This document shows, piece after piece, positions 1 through 12,590 of a DNA stretch of 64,000 nt; within the stretch, counting starts at the first letter, position 1, and every line of letters starts with the position of its first letter. The stretch covers positions 50,034,001 to 50,098,000 of the forward strand of contig OZ024742.1 in NCBI GenBank assembly GCA_964016885.1, read 5' to 3'. Made by a program: the position numbers and the translations under genes. The notes under the pieces are model-generated. The model was not told where the DNA came from. It ran no database searches and saw only the letters and a list, made by a program, of their open reading frames with translations. The stretch is from Eledone cirrhosa. Taxonomy: Eukaryota.

Positions 1-530
1 AGGGACCCGGTTACAGGAAGCTGAACTTGTCCTTACCGGCAAGTAAAGCTTACAGGGATCGGATTAGTGCTTTAGTTAAGAGACGGTTGACGGGGGCTAT
101 CGTCAACAGCAGGTGGTGGGGATCTCTCAAGAGAGAGATTAGAGTAGTCTCGATAGGTTTTAGTAAGGAATTAGCCTCAGATAGGAATAGGAAGGAAAGG
201 GAGTTGGTAGATAGAGTAGAAGAAGCGATTAGAAGCGGCAACGTAGCCAGAGTGCTAGTGTCAAGAACGGCCTTAAACCAGTTTTTCGACGCGAAAGACC
301 GATTTCAGCTGCTGAAATAGGGGACGTGCTGAGCCAATGTGGCACACGAAAATCCCCGGGTCTCGATGGTCTTCAATACGAACTTTATGTAGCGATGCCG
401 GACTTTTTCTCCGATCTCCTCGAGGCGGTTTACTGCAACTGGCAACAGAACGGGAGAATTTCTTGTTCTATGACCAAGGGCGTAGTCTCGCTAGTGAGGA
501 AGGACGAGGACAAGGGGGATGAAATAAGTA
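1..530 (+). mobile_element. Tx1/L1-clade ORF2 fragment (EN-RT linker and start of RT), truncated by the window edge and by the next element
   Basis: ORFs 27-320 and 326-595 read ...KLNLSLPASKAYRDRI...W...LK.EIR and RKSPGLDGLQYELY...KGVVSLVRK. These match the same region of the Tx1 copy at 54.7-55.5 kb. The match stops just before the expected FRPITLL. Confidence 0.8.
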
Positions 531-668
531 ATAACCAGGATCCCAGCAGAGGTCAACATATGGTGGATCCTACGCTGCATCCTGAAGAAGGATGAGGACA
601 CCCTCCTATCTGTAGACAGGAAAGACCGGCATAACTGGTTTGGAACCTGCATCGATGTTCTGGTACAA

Positions 669-1639
669 ATGAGACCAGAGAGAGTTGAGAAAATACCGGA
701 CAGGATCGTCTTTGAGGTAGATGTCATCTCCACTTTAGTGGAGGGGAAAAGACCTCAGTGCCATAAGTGTGGGAAAACCATACACTTAAAGGCCTTTTGC
801 CCTCTCTTAAACAAACCGAGGACAAACAAGGTGTTATTACCAACACCAAAACCCCAACATCAACACTCCAAACCAAACACAACACAAACACCTGCAACAT
901 CCACTCACACACCACCACAGAACAGAGACAACCACACACACAAAATCCCACTGAAAAACCCTCCATTGCCTCTTACCACCCTGTCAAATACTTCCACAAA
1001 CACCTGCACAAACACTCTACCACACAACATACCGCTTCCATCTACCCCTGATTCAGAAGTCACAGACACCGGAGCCTCTACATCTAAAAGTGAGAATGAA
1101 GAGGAACCCCAAAATCCAAAAAACAAAAAAAGACACACAAAAGACACAAAAACATCTACAGAAAACACGCACACACCCAACCACACCATAAACACACCGC
1201 GACAAACGACAAACACACCAACAACACAATCACCAGCAACACAACCAAACACTTCACCAACAAAACAAACACCCACACCACCACAATCACAAACCCCAAC
1301 CACAAAAAGAAAACTACAAACAGAAACATTACACATAAAAAACAAAACACAATACACATACATAAAAACAAAGAACTGGTGGAAACTGTCCAAAGCGACC
1401 CCTCAATACAAACGGAAGGGAAAACCTTCCCCACCAACGACCCACCTCCAAACCTCAAACTTATCAGGGTAACAACCCTACAGTATGAAACTTTAAAAGA
1501 GAACTTCCCACATGATGTGGGCCACCCTTGCCAAAAGCCCCTTAACCGTGTCCTGCTAAAAGAATTACGTCTCTCCCCAAACTCTACCAATCTGGACATG
1601 GAGATCGAACAACCCGACCTCCAAGAAACGAAAAGGTAA
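669..1639 (+). pseudogene. Tx1 ORF1 (gag-like CCHC zinc knuckle), frameshifted near 1380-1470
   Basis: ORF 669-1472 carries CX2CX4HX4C. ORF 1379-1639 resembles the C-terminus of the second Tx1 ORF1 (YE.LKE.F..DVG.P..KP..R.L.K). Confidence 0.75.
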
Positions 1640-1672
1640 GTTTTCATGCCTTTTCTCTCCTTCTTCACCAAC

Positions 1673-4028
1673 ATGTCCTGGAAACAGGGCTAGCTTTTAA
1701 ATGATCTCAGGTCAAATTGTATAGATGTGATAGCCATCACTGAGTCCAGGATTCACGAAAAGCAGCAGCTAACCCCCATATTCGATGATTTCGAGTTCTA
1801 CGCATCTCTCTCTCAGCCAGGAGGTGGAGGGGGAGTTGCTGTTCTGTTTCGAAAAAAACTTGGATCTCAAAATACAGACGATTCACTTGTACTCGGAGGG
1901 CAGCCTGGTGGTCCTGGACGTGAATGTTAGTGAAGGTGGAGCTTTCAGACTGGTGGGCGTATATGCCCCGACTGGGACATCGCGACCAGGGTTCTTCAAG
2001 CATTTCGAGCCATTCCTGGGAACGTCCCGCTCCTTAGTGTGAGCGGAGGACTGGAATGACATCTTAGATGCACGTTGGGACTATGTAGGAGCTTGTGATA
2101 ATAGAGGTGGGTCTAATAGCCTCAAAAATCTCATCAGCCAATTCCAACTGGCTGATAGATATGGACTAGACTTCCTAAGTGCACCACTGTGAACGTGGAG
2201 AAACCGCACTGGGTCTTCTAGATCGTATTTAGATAGATTTTTAATTAGACAGAATGATAAGGAAACATTAAGCTGTCCCGACCAGTCCAAACACGACAAC
2301 CTTCACCTCATGCGATACATCATAGAGAGGGTAGGGTGTAAACCTGGCTTTGGTGGGGGTTCTGATCAATTTAGATCAGTCTAAAGCATTTGATAGGGTG
2401 GACCATCAATACTTGGAAGCAGTTCTCAAGGAGGCCCGCTTCGGTCCCGTCTTCAGAGGCTGGATCGCTGCCATGCACACCAGCATCTGCTCGGCAGTCA
2501 AGGTGAATGGCTACCTATCAGAGCCACTCCAAATCATGCGTTCCATCCACCAGGGAGGCCCTCCCTCCTCCATTCTGTATGTACTGACTCTCGAGCCGTT
2601 ACTGCGGAAATTGGAGCTGTTGCAGGGCATCCCGATCGAACCAGGACTGCGAAAGCAGCGTCAGCCTATGCCGACGACATAACAGTAATGTAGTCGAAAA
2701 CCTCGGAAATCAGCGTAATCGGCAACCTATTACATGAATCCGAAGCGTTGACAGGAGCAAGACTAAACACAAACAAGTCTGTCGATTTGCAACTCGGCAA
2801 CATGGAGAGGCAAACCCATGCCTTCCGACAGTGACGTTGGATGCTGGACGGAAGGATCAGTGAAATTGCTCGGGGTCTGGTTCGATCCAGACCTCCAGGT
2901 GGACAAGAACTGGAACGAGGTCACGGCGAAGGTGTTTGCACTCACCCAGTAGTGGGCTGAGTGCAAACTCTCCTTGAATGGTCGAGCGGAGGTGGCGAAC
3001 AGTTACATAGCGTCCGTAATCTACTACCGCTTGACAGTCGTACCTTACCAAAATGGAACGCCTACTCTTCAAGTTCCTCTGGAAGAAACAGGCTCCATTT
3101 GTGAGGAAATCCATCTGCTGTCAACACCCTTCTAACGGAGGGCTGGGCATGTCGTGGCTGATGATGCGCAAACATGCACTGAGGCTACGCCATCTCCGGG
3201 TATTCCTGACCGGTGAGCCGGTGTGGCTGTCGTTTGTGAGACAAGCTGTTCCACAACTCGTCTCATTAACAGAGCTGCAGTCCTGTGTCAAGCGAAGACC
3301 GAAAATGGGTGCCTGGCACCTCGAGTGCCTAGAGGAGCTCACAGCCCTCTACCAAGCGGAAACGGCAATCAGCGGAGACTCCAATTCGACATTCTATAGG
3401 GGATTAGTGGAGGATAAGTGCTCCGACGTTCTCAGGGAAACTCTAGGCATCGAGGAGGACGAACTGACCTTTTGCTCGGGAGGACTTTCCGTCCAGGGCA
3501 TATGGATAACTTCCAGAGGTCTTTGGCCTGGCAGTGCTACCCAGGAGCTCTACCAGTTCGAGACAAAATCTACATGCACGGACGCCCTGACAGAGATCCT
3601 GCCAAAAGGACCTGTCCAAGATGCGAGCAGGACATCGAAACCGTTCTGCACGCAATTGTTCAGTGCCTAGGAGTGACCGATCTGTGGAATTATGTTGAAC
3701 AGATGGTGTCACGTGTGGGACGCATCCAGTTGTCAGCCGAGTCCATCGTGAGGATCACCCTGCCGCCTTCATTTAAGAACGAAGGAGAGGCGGTTTTCCT
3801 CTGTCTGGTGGCTATGGCGAAAGAGGTAATATGGTGGATGAGGTTAACAGGACTGAGGGCAAACATCTTTCTCTCCGGACAACAACTTATCCCCTTCTTT
3901 AAGTATCACTTCAGAAGGAAGGTGGGAGTGGGGAGAGGTGCTACACCCCAGTAAATTCGCTGAAAGGTGGATGAATGTGGCAAAAATGGCCCGAGTGAAT
4001 GGGCCTACTCTGTATATAAACCTGTAGA
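1673..4028 (+). pseudogene. Tx1 ORF2 (APE endonuclease, RT, Cys-rich domain), with multiple stops, frameshifts and internal deletions
   Basis: Motifs are split over ORFs 1727, 1785, 2350, 3053 and 3418. A large deletion near 2285 removes the EN-RT linker and the first RT motifs. Confidence 0.85.
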
Positions 4029-4267
4029 TTGAGGAAGATAAACAGAGGAAAGACAAAACGTGTTCCTGGTGTTGAGGGTTGTTCTATCCACGGGGTGTAA
4101 AACAACCCTGCAGTAACGTTACCCCCTATTGGGGATTTCAATTGTTATTTTATTATATATAGTTTATTGTTATTTATTAACGTTAAAGTTATTTTTATGT
4201 AAAACCCCCGCCGTCACGTCTTGTAATGTTCCATTTTTGTACGCCCCTGTGGCAAATAAAGAAAGAT

Positions 4268-4268
4268 A

Positions 4269-4317
<49 letters not shown>
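4268..4317. repeat. (TC)n(TA)n microsatellite at the Tx1 3' end
   Basis: Directly visible. Confidence 0.95.
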
Positions 4318-4321
<4 letters not shown>

Positions 4322-4619
4322 CTATCTATACTATTGCAGAAAAATATATATTCGAAGGGGAAGAATATTATTTATTTTTTCCTGTGAAATATGAGAAAAT
4401 GATGATAGCTAACTAAGTTAAAAGCGCAAACATAAAAATTCAGAACTTCGCATTGGTAAAGGAATATTTCACCCACCAGTTCTAATACTGCAGCTTTTGA
4501 ATCCATTTCACTCCACAATGCAGATTTGATCTTTTCTGATATATTCCAATAAATATGATCATGGCTCATTAACGTATTATTATTATCATTGTTATTATTA
4601 ATATTGTAGCTAATGTTAG

Positions 4620-5017
4620 GGCGATGGATTGGCAGTATCGGTAGAGCGTCGGACACCATGCTTTGCAGCATAGAGTTACGGCCCTTTATGATCTGAGTTC
4701 AAGTCCCCCCGAGATTAACTTTGCCATTTATCCTTACGAGGTCGATAAAATAAAGTACCAGTAGAGCAGCTGGGGTCGAATAAATCGACTTTCCCTCCTC
4801 TAAATTGCTGGCCTATATAAGAAACCATTATATTATTGGCAGTATCGGTAGAGGGTCGGACGCCATGCTTTCCAGCATAGTTACGTCCCTTTACGATCTG
4901 AGTTCAAATCTTGTCGAGGTTGACTTTGCCTTTCATCCTTACGGGGTCGATAAAATAAAGTACCAGTAATGCACTGGGTAATTGTTGGCTCTGTGCCTAA
5001 AGTAGAAACAATTATTA
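4620..5017 (+). mobile_element. Two tandem copies of a tRNA-derived SINE (about 190-210 bp)
   Basis: Head GGCGGTGGATTGGCAGTATCGGTAGAG (A-box-like), GAGTTCAAATCC (B-box), core GCCTTTCATCCTTACGGGGTCGATAAAATAAAGTACCAG (resembles the Nin/Inv central domain), tail GGCCTTGTGCC.AAAGTAGAAACAATT. Confidence 0.85.
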
Positions 5018-5107
5018 TAGTTGATGTTCATGTTCTTTTTTCTTTTTTTCTTCATTTTCTTTCATATTATGCTTATTCATCTAATTTGTATTATCTCATT
5101 TTCATAA

Positions 5108-5295
5108 TAATTGTTTCTACTTTTGGCACAAGGCCAGCAATTACTCAGTACATTACTAGTACTTTATTTTATCGACCCCGTAAGGTTGAAAGGCAATGCT
5201 AACCCGTGTGGGAACTGAACTCAGAGCATAAAGGGCCGTAACTCTATGCCACGAATCAAGTTGTCCCACACTCCACCGATTCTGCCAATCCACCC
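5108..5295 (-). mobile_element. tRNA-derived SINE copy
   Basis: Reverse complement of the same head, core and tail. Confidence 0.8.
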
Positions 5296-5548
5296 CAAAC
5301 CTCACTATCCCTACCGCCTGCACCGCTGTTACTAGCAACTTCACCACCACTACCAATACCACTACCTTCGCCACCACTGCCTCCACCGCCACTACCACCG
5401 CCATTATCACTATCATCAACACTACTCTACCACTATCACAATGACTATCACCACCACAATCATCAGCAAGCCACCATCACTACCCACTTCATCGAATTTG
5501 TCTTCGTCGTTGTCGTCGACATCCCTCTTACTATGTTCATTATATTAA

Positions 5549-6000
5549 GACGGTGGATTGGCAGTATTGGTAGAGTGTCGGATGCCATGCTTTGGCGCAT
5601 AGAGTTACGGCCCTTGCCATTCTGAGTTCAAATCCCGCCGAGGTTAACTTTGTCTTTCATCCTTACGGGGTCGATAAAATAAAGTACCAGTAATACACTG
5701 GGTATTTGCTGGCCTTGTGCCTAACGTAGAAACAATTATATTAAGACGGTATATGTACTGGGTGATTGCTGGCCTCGTGCCAAATGTAGAAATAATTATA
5801 TTAAGACGCGGTGGATTGGCAGTATCGGTAGAGGGTCGGACACCCTGCTTTGCAGCAAAAGAGTTACGGCCCTTGCCATTCTGAGTTAAAATCCCCCCCG
5901 AGGTTGACTTTGCCTTTCATCCTTACGGGGTCGATAAAATAAAGTACCAGTAATGCACTGGGTAATTGCTGGCCTAGTGCCAAAAGTAGAAACAATTATA
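5549..6000 (+). mobile_element. Two SINE copies plus a tail-only fragment, separated by repeated TATATTAAGACG target duplications
   Basis: Copies at 5549-5740 and 5807-5998, tail fragment at 5755-5800. (AT)TATATTAAGACG recurs at about 5540, 5736, 5796 and 5996. Confidence 0.85.
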
Positions 6001-7845
6001 TTAAGACGGTACAGTGTAATTTAAGCGAGATTTAAATGAGATTCGTGCAGATCAACCAATACCTTAGAGGCTTCCTCGTTTTTTCGAGTTCGAATGTATA
6101 AATGTATGCTATCAGTACTTGTCCCTGAAATTAACAGAATGCTCATCGTCGAATACAATGGAGGGGCTATCATCATTATGTTAATCATTTATAGCAAAAT
6201 CCTTAATACTCTCTCACTAGATCTATTACAGATACTTGTCAAATTCTTTTTTATTCTACTGGAGTATTCTTTACAAAACTAATTTAGAAATTAATTTGTC
6301 ATAAGAAGCCATATTTGCGTTTTGTTGGCATTGGCTATAGCATGAAACACTGTCTTTCATCTCTAATTAATGTTCTTCTAATCAACCTCTGTTTTCAATT
6401 ATTCACTAATTTATTCCTAAACTGATAGCAGGCAATGCTAATTAAAGCTAAAATTCTTCACTCTTTAGCTAGATATAATTACAAGTTACATCATCTATCT
6501 GCTAAACTATCATCAATGCTTATTAACCTGTCCACTATAATTTCTGTTGTCCATATAAAGACACATCACCACATCTCATTATTTCATGACTGGAGGCCGA
6601 TATATACTCTAAACGTTATTATTATTGCAGGTCTTTCTAATATATCTATTTCTACTTCGATCTTGTTTGGAGTTTTCTCTAATTTATCATCTCAAAAACA
6701 CAGCAAATGATTTACTGCACATATACAACGGCAAATATTGATTTTGTTCGAAACTTTTGTTTAACACTGTTGACAACAAACCGCTTGAAACAACCCTGAA
6801 TTTATCATACAAAACTGCTCACTTTAAAATGTTTATCCTTATATTAAAACCTTCTATCATTATTTTATATTATAAAATCTCCTTAAGTTATATAATTAAT
6901 ATAAGCTTAATAATGACACGTTATTCTAATTACTTTGTGATATTCTTTTGTGTTTGTTATTGTTTTCAGGGCAGTGTATTTAGATATTAGAGTAATGAAT
7001 GGGTGAGACTCTCAATATTCAACTTCATTTATTACATGGATATGTGTTGCCCGGTATAATTTTATATCACGGTTTGAGATTTGACTATATTCCACCTTTT
7101 ATTCGTATTCAATAATATTTGTAAATATTTCAATTTTCTAAAATATTCTTTGCTTTGTTTTCATAACAGTAATTCTTTTAGGTATAATAACATATATTTC
7201 AAGGGAAGGGAGTAGTGAATGTAATTGATGTCAGTTACGTATTATGTACTTAAACATGATATAAATCGTATTACTGCTTCTCACGTTCCCTCACAGTCAT
7301 TGCTATATATTTCATATTGAAGACACAAAACGTTTTTCTCTTCTTTTGCGCCATTTTTGTATGCAATTAGTATTGAGTTTCCTCTATTCATTTCTAGATG
7401 CTTTTTGTAATCGTACGCTAAATATTTACATCGAATTTCCCTATATCACTGAATTTGGGATAAATTTATTCCTAACTTTGCAATTTGCGAAGTTGTATAT
7501 ACTATAGAGATTATGTTTCTTGCAATCCAGTTTAGCCCTGTTAATGTACTTATAACTTTACCAAATTACTGGAAATATGTGATACATAATGATGCTAATT
7601 GCTTTATACTTTGCATTTAGCAATGTTTTAAGTATTACTGTAACACGTCTATAATGTTCCTTCCTAAACGATATTTAAAGGGTAAATTATATGCACATTT
7701 CAGGAAAAGAATAAAACCTTTAGAAGCTGTAATGATGATTTGTTAACATTAAACCATTTCCGTCTATGTTCGCACAATATACCTATTTTTATGCAATAAA
7801 ATATTGTTGATGTAATTTATAAAAATTGATCTTTAAGGGTATAAT

Positions 7846-8035
7846 AATTGTTTCTACTTTTGGCACAAGGCCAGCAATTATCCCAATACATTACTGGTAC
7901 TTTATTTTATCAACCCCGTAAGGAGGAAAGGCAAAGTTAACCTCGGTGGGATTTGAACTCAGAATAGCAAGGGCCGTAACTCTATGCGTCAAAGCATGGC
8001 GTCCGACCCTCTACCGATACTGACAATCCACCACC
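7846..8035 (-). mobile_element. tRNA-derived SINE with an 18-bp target-site duplication
   Basis: CTTTAAGGGTATAATAAT flanks both ends (about 7831 and 8038). Confidence 0.9.
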
Positions 8036-8519
8036 CTCTTTAAGGGTATAATAATGACAGTCAATGTACTGAGGTAGGATAATAGCTTATATCAGAATTC
8101 CATTGCTTCCGGATATATCAATAAATAACAATGTAATCTGAAACCTACGCAGGATAATATCGAACGGTACAACTTAAACATAACCAAAAATAAAAAAAAA
8201 ACATGTTTAAAAGCAGGTTGTCTAATTTGAAATTGGCATTTAGAATGTAATAAACAATGGAAGGTTTAACATTCCACATCACTATAAATAAATATGTTAT
8301 TAATACTCACTATCCTTCCCGTTGAACAACTGAAATATAAAGGGTGTCGAAAAGAATGAACACGTGAAGGATATTTGTCCACATTACTTGCTTATTGATA
8401 GAATATATTTCCCAAACGATATTAGCGCAACAAAACCGTATATTATCTAGACGCAGAGTAACTCTGATCTAGAAATAAATTTAGATTTTAATAAGGTCAT
8501 CGGAGTTATAATATGAATA

Positions 8520-8680
8520 CAAGGCCACCACATTTGCGGGGAGCAAACGTTGAGTAATTCAAACCTAGGACATTATTTTATTGACTCGAGAAAGATGAAA
8601 TGGATTTGAAGTCAAAATGTTAAAATACACTTCAAATGGCTTACCTGCCTTTTGTCCGATGTTCCATCAATTCCACCCAT
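8520..8680 (-). mobile_element. Old, diverged SINE copy
   Basis: Remnants of the tail (CACAAGGCCA) and core (TTTATTGAC...GATGAAA..GGATTTGAA). Confidence 0.55.
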
Positions 8681-9277
8681 GCTAACCTGATAATTTATTA
8701 AAGTATTTCAATAGAACACCAGACAGAGAAATATAAGACATATAATATTATATAATACATATTCAAAATACTTCAAAGAATATAACACCGAAAGTATACA
8801 AATAAAAATAATGCCTTAAAACTATAAACATTGAGAAGGTAAATATATATTTGCAAGCAAAACAAACATAAGGAGTAGCATAAATAATTTAAGAAAAATC
8901 AAATACTAGTATTTTTTGAGAATACGGACCGAGAAAAACAGAACGAAAAATATACGAACGAAAATATGATCACAAGCAAAATGCTGAACACTTTAAATAT
9001 GACGAAGGTTGAAATTAATAGACTTCTTAGAGTACCAGGAAAAGCTCATTAAAAATCATTAACGTTAGGAAAAAAAGCCACAAATATATAGGATTTACCT
9101 GATAGCATCAATATCATAAATAGTCTAATCTATCCAATATTCACAGTAGTCACAAAGGAAATTAAGTCCTTCAACAAACCTTCCAATATAGAAAGCATAC
9201 AGTGAAATGAAACGCAAAAAGAAGCTCTCTATTTAGACCGACAAAGAAGTCAAATATCAAAAATGAAACCGAAATAT

Positions 9278-9356
9278 TGGGTTGTCAAGTATGGAATTTG
9301 TAGAAATCCCCTTTTCTTCTAGAAATGTCTACAGATTTCATACTTGACAACCCCAT
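9278..9356. repeat. Short foldback or MITE-like inverted repeat
   Basis: GGGTTGTCAAGTATGGAATTTGTAGA ... TCTACAGATTTCATACTTGACAACCC. Confidence 0.7.
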
Positions 9357-9687
9357 AAATAGAAGAAAGTACAGCATATACAGTATACCAAGTCAAATAA
9401 TGTCTTAAAGAAGAGATTTTCGAGGAATCGGGAAGGACCGATTCTGCTAAACGTTGTAAGGCTGCTTTGGAAAAGAATAAAATTAGTTTCACCCTGAAGA
9501 TCTAAACATCAATGAAACAAAAGAACGATTTACCGCTATGAGTAGGAAAGGTGTTTCTTATAATAATCGTGGACAGTAGTTGGAGTGTTATAAACGCGAA
9601 TTTTATAACGAATGAATCTATAAAAAAGAAAACCCAAACTACTTAACAGCGAGCACATCGTGGGAAAAATCAAAGCATAAAACTAAT

Positions 9688-9803
9688 AATTGTTTCTACT
9701 TTAGGCACAAGGCCAACAATTACCCAGTGCATTACTAGTACTTTATTTTATCGACCCCCGTAAGGATGAAAGGCAAAGTCAACCTCGGCAGGATTTGAAC
9801 TCA
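9688..9803 (-). mobile_element. 5'-truncated SINE with TSD
   Basis: AAGCATAAAACTAATAAT on both sides. Confidence 0.85.
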
Positions 9804-10145
9804 AGCATAAAACTAATAATATACGAGGGAATGTGTCTATATCTTATAATGTCAGTTCTAGCGAAATGCTCACAGAAACTACCTGCAAAAGTATTCAATG
9901 ATCTCCCAAAACACACAGAAAAAGCAACTGCTACTTTGTCAAAAACAGAAAAACAATTATAAATTCTGAAAATATTAATATCTTAGATATATGTACCTAT
10001 GTCTAGGGATTCTTATTAATCTACTCCTATTAACAAAGTCTCAATAATCTGCTGCTGATTGGCGGATTATTGCAAACATTAACTCTGGTATTCAACACTG
10101 ATATTGTCATTTTGGAAACCCTATATTGTACGCAGCTTTAAACAA

Positions 10146-10642
10146 TCTATATATCTAGAACAGAGAATGTCTGTCTGCCTGTCTGATTCCCTAAACCTCG
10201 AGAACCACCCAACCGATTTTTTAAAACTTTACACATGTAATACTTATGGTCATGTGAGTGTTTTGAGCAAAACATATTTCAAATGTTCAATACCCTAGGG
10301 ACCGCATTAGGCGCCGGTTAGCGATCTCTCTATCTTTCTTAGTCTGTCTTTTTAGATAGATACATAGCTATAACGCCGCGCCCTTATAATATATGTCTGT
10401 ATGTCTCGCTGTCTGCATTACGACATTATGAAAAATATTGTTCTCATTGCTGACGTATTATATTTGCTATTTTCCGTTCATTGCCAGGTAACGTCTTCAC
10501 GAACCAAAGTATCGTCTTCCTGATTTCCTTTACAAAGTTTTTCGAAATATTTACTTCTGCGTTCACAGATTGAGTTTTTAGTTTCAGAAGATCCTCTTTG
10601 AGAGTGAAAGCAGCGATTCTTTGCTTAAATTTCAATCAGTTA

Positions 10643-10679
<37 letters not shown>

Positions 10680-11136
10680 TATATCCGTGTACAGATATTT
10701 TTGCATACACAAAAACAAAATATAAACAAGCGTATTTATTTCACGAAAGCACAGACAGCTTATCGTCATTGTTACTGCCGATATGTCACCCAAACATCCC
10801 ACTACTTTTGGGTCAAGGCCACCAATTACATAGTCAACGGGTCGGAAATCACATGCATAACTGACGAGTTTATTCATTACTCTAACAGTTAATCTTAATG
10901 TACTTCGTCTTGCTTTTAGGTCATGCTTCGAAGGAAGAGATACTCCATTGACCGAAATACTGCGAAAGCGGCAACAGAAAGAACAAGGCGGGCAAACGAA
11001 TCGTCAATGGAATCTGCTATTCGACCGTCGCAAGGGTCGCCGAGGTATTACGTATTTATCTGTACTGTTTCAGAAGGGAGGGATAAACTGGCCAATCTAT
11101 GTTTAGAATCCCGAGCAACGCCGGGCTATTTGCCAG
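10146..11136 (+). mobile_element. Non-autonomous Helitron-like element containing a nested Penelope-type terminal fragment
   Basis: 5' A|TCTATATAT...TGTCTGTCTG. 3' hairpin CCCGAGCAACGCCGGG followed by CCAG|T. The same end occurs with CTAG at 43575-43603. Confidence 0.65.
10440..10675 (+). mobile_element. Solo 3'-terminal (pLTR) fragment of the Naiad-type Penelope family, followed by (TA)n
   Basis: Reverse complement of 27704-27905 and 42590-42800 (GCAGCGATTCTTTGCTTAAA, ATATTTACTTCTGCGTTCACAGATT). Confidence 0.75.
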
Positions 11137-11640
11137 TTGTTCCTACTTTTGGCCAAAGGCCAGACATTTCCCCATTGCATTACTGGTACTTTATTTTATC
11201 GACCCCGTAAGGATGAAAGGCAAAGTTAACCTCGGCGGTATTTGAACTCAGACCATAAAGGACCGTAACTCTTTGCTGCAAAGCATGGTGCCAGACCCTA
11301 TACCGATACTGCCATTAAATAATTGTTTCTACTTTTGGCACAAGGCCAGAAATTACCCAGTGCATTACTGGTACTTTATTTTATCGACCCCGTAAGGATG
11401 AAAGGTAAAGTTAACCACGGCGGTATTTGAACTCAGAATGGCCAGGACCGTAACTCTATGCGTCAAAGTATGTTGTCCGACCCTCTACCGATACTGCCAA
11501 TCCACCGCCATTAAATAATTTTCTACTTTAGGCACAAGGCCAACAATTACCCAGTGCATTACTGGTACTTTATTTTATCGAACCCGTAAGGATGAAAGCC
11601 AAAGTCAACCTCGGCGGGATTTGAACTCAGGTCGTAAAGG
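11137..11640 (-). mobile_element. Three tandem SINE copies
   Basis: Copies at about 11137-11313, 11321-11509 and 11516-11640. GCCATTAAATAATT is repeated at the junctions. Confidence 0.85.
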
Positions 11641-12374
11641 GTATTCCAGCAGACGAAGGCATACTCACTAACAAGTCTTTTAAATTGCCTTACCTCCAAC
11701 TCTCAAATCATATCCGAGATCTTAACTAATGATAATTTCTCAGCGCATCATTTATGTACGTCTTAGAACGACGACCCATATTTGTGGAATATTTTCAAAA
11801 AATTGTTAGTAGTTACTTTGATTAGAAATAAAAAATAAACGAAGTGGAATATGAAACTTCACTCGAATCCCAACAATGCTTTCCATACACCCTTGTATAA
11901 ATAATCCACACAATATCAGTTTCGCAATTGTTGACGCTTAAAACAGCGTTGAAACCTCAAATGAAATGTTTTACAGCGTTTAGTTACGACCTACTGAGTA
12001 GCGAGTTAAATCCCACCGGTATCAGCTTTATAATTTCATCCTTCCTTTTCCTCAAACTTTCTAGCTTTGTATCAATGTTATCAAAAATTAAAGACGTGCA
12101 ATTATACATCTACCTCAAAACATGTTTACGGAATCTGATCACAATTTGCCCTAAACCTTAACATTATGACAAGGCAATCTTCTCTCGGCATGCCAGATCA
12201 GCCATTTGAAAAATGTCAGCTACTGACCAAGGCAGTTCCTCTAATTCATTGATGCAGCTAGTAAACCGAACAAAGAATCCTATTATATCAGTATTCAAAT
12301 GTGCAGATTGTGCACCAGCGTACCTTCAGCCATGATAATTAAAAGAATATAACGAACTAACGTTTATCACAAAA

Positions 12375-12590
12375 TAATTATTTCTATATTTGGTACAGGT
12401 CCAGCAATTTGAAGGGAAGGGTAGGAAATCGATTAAATCAATCCTTGTACTTTATTGGTACATTATGTAATAGACCCCATACGGATGAAAGGCAAAGTTG
12501 ACCTCGGTGGGATTTGGTCTCAACTTAAATTGTCAGAGCAAATAATGATAAGCGTTTGTCCGATGCTCTAAAGATTCTGTGAGTTCACTG
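12375..12590 (-). mobile_element. Older SINE variant (longer tail)
   Basis: Core GGATGAAAGGCAAAGTTGACCTCGGTGGGATTTG, and a tail similar to 52363-52440. Confidence 0.65.

Larger units (their letters stand above)
531..4267 (+). mobile_element. 5'-truncated, degenerate Tx1/L1-clade non-LTR retrotransposon
   Basis: ORF1 has a CHKCGKTIHLKAFC zinc knuckle and a Thr/Pro-rich tail. ORF2 remnants include APE endonuclease (DVIAITESR, GGGVAVLF, LVGVYAP, GD/EDWN, SYLDRFL), RT (LDQSKAFDRVDH, QG.P.S.ILYVLTLEP, YADD) and C-terminal CPRC..ETVLHAIVQC. The 3' UTR ends in AATAAA followed by (TC)n(TA)n. Confidence 0.9.

Noticed and set aside
4620-4720. Possible tRNA genes at SINE heads
   Set aside because: A and B boxes are present, but there is no cloverleaf, and they are always fused to the SINE core and tail.
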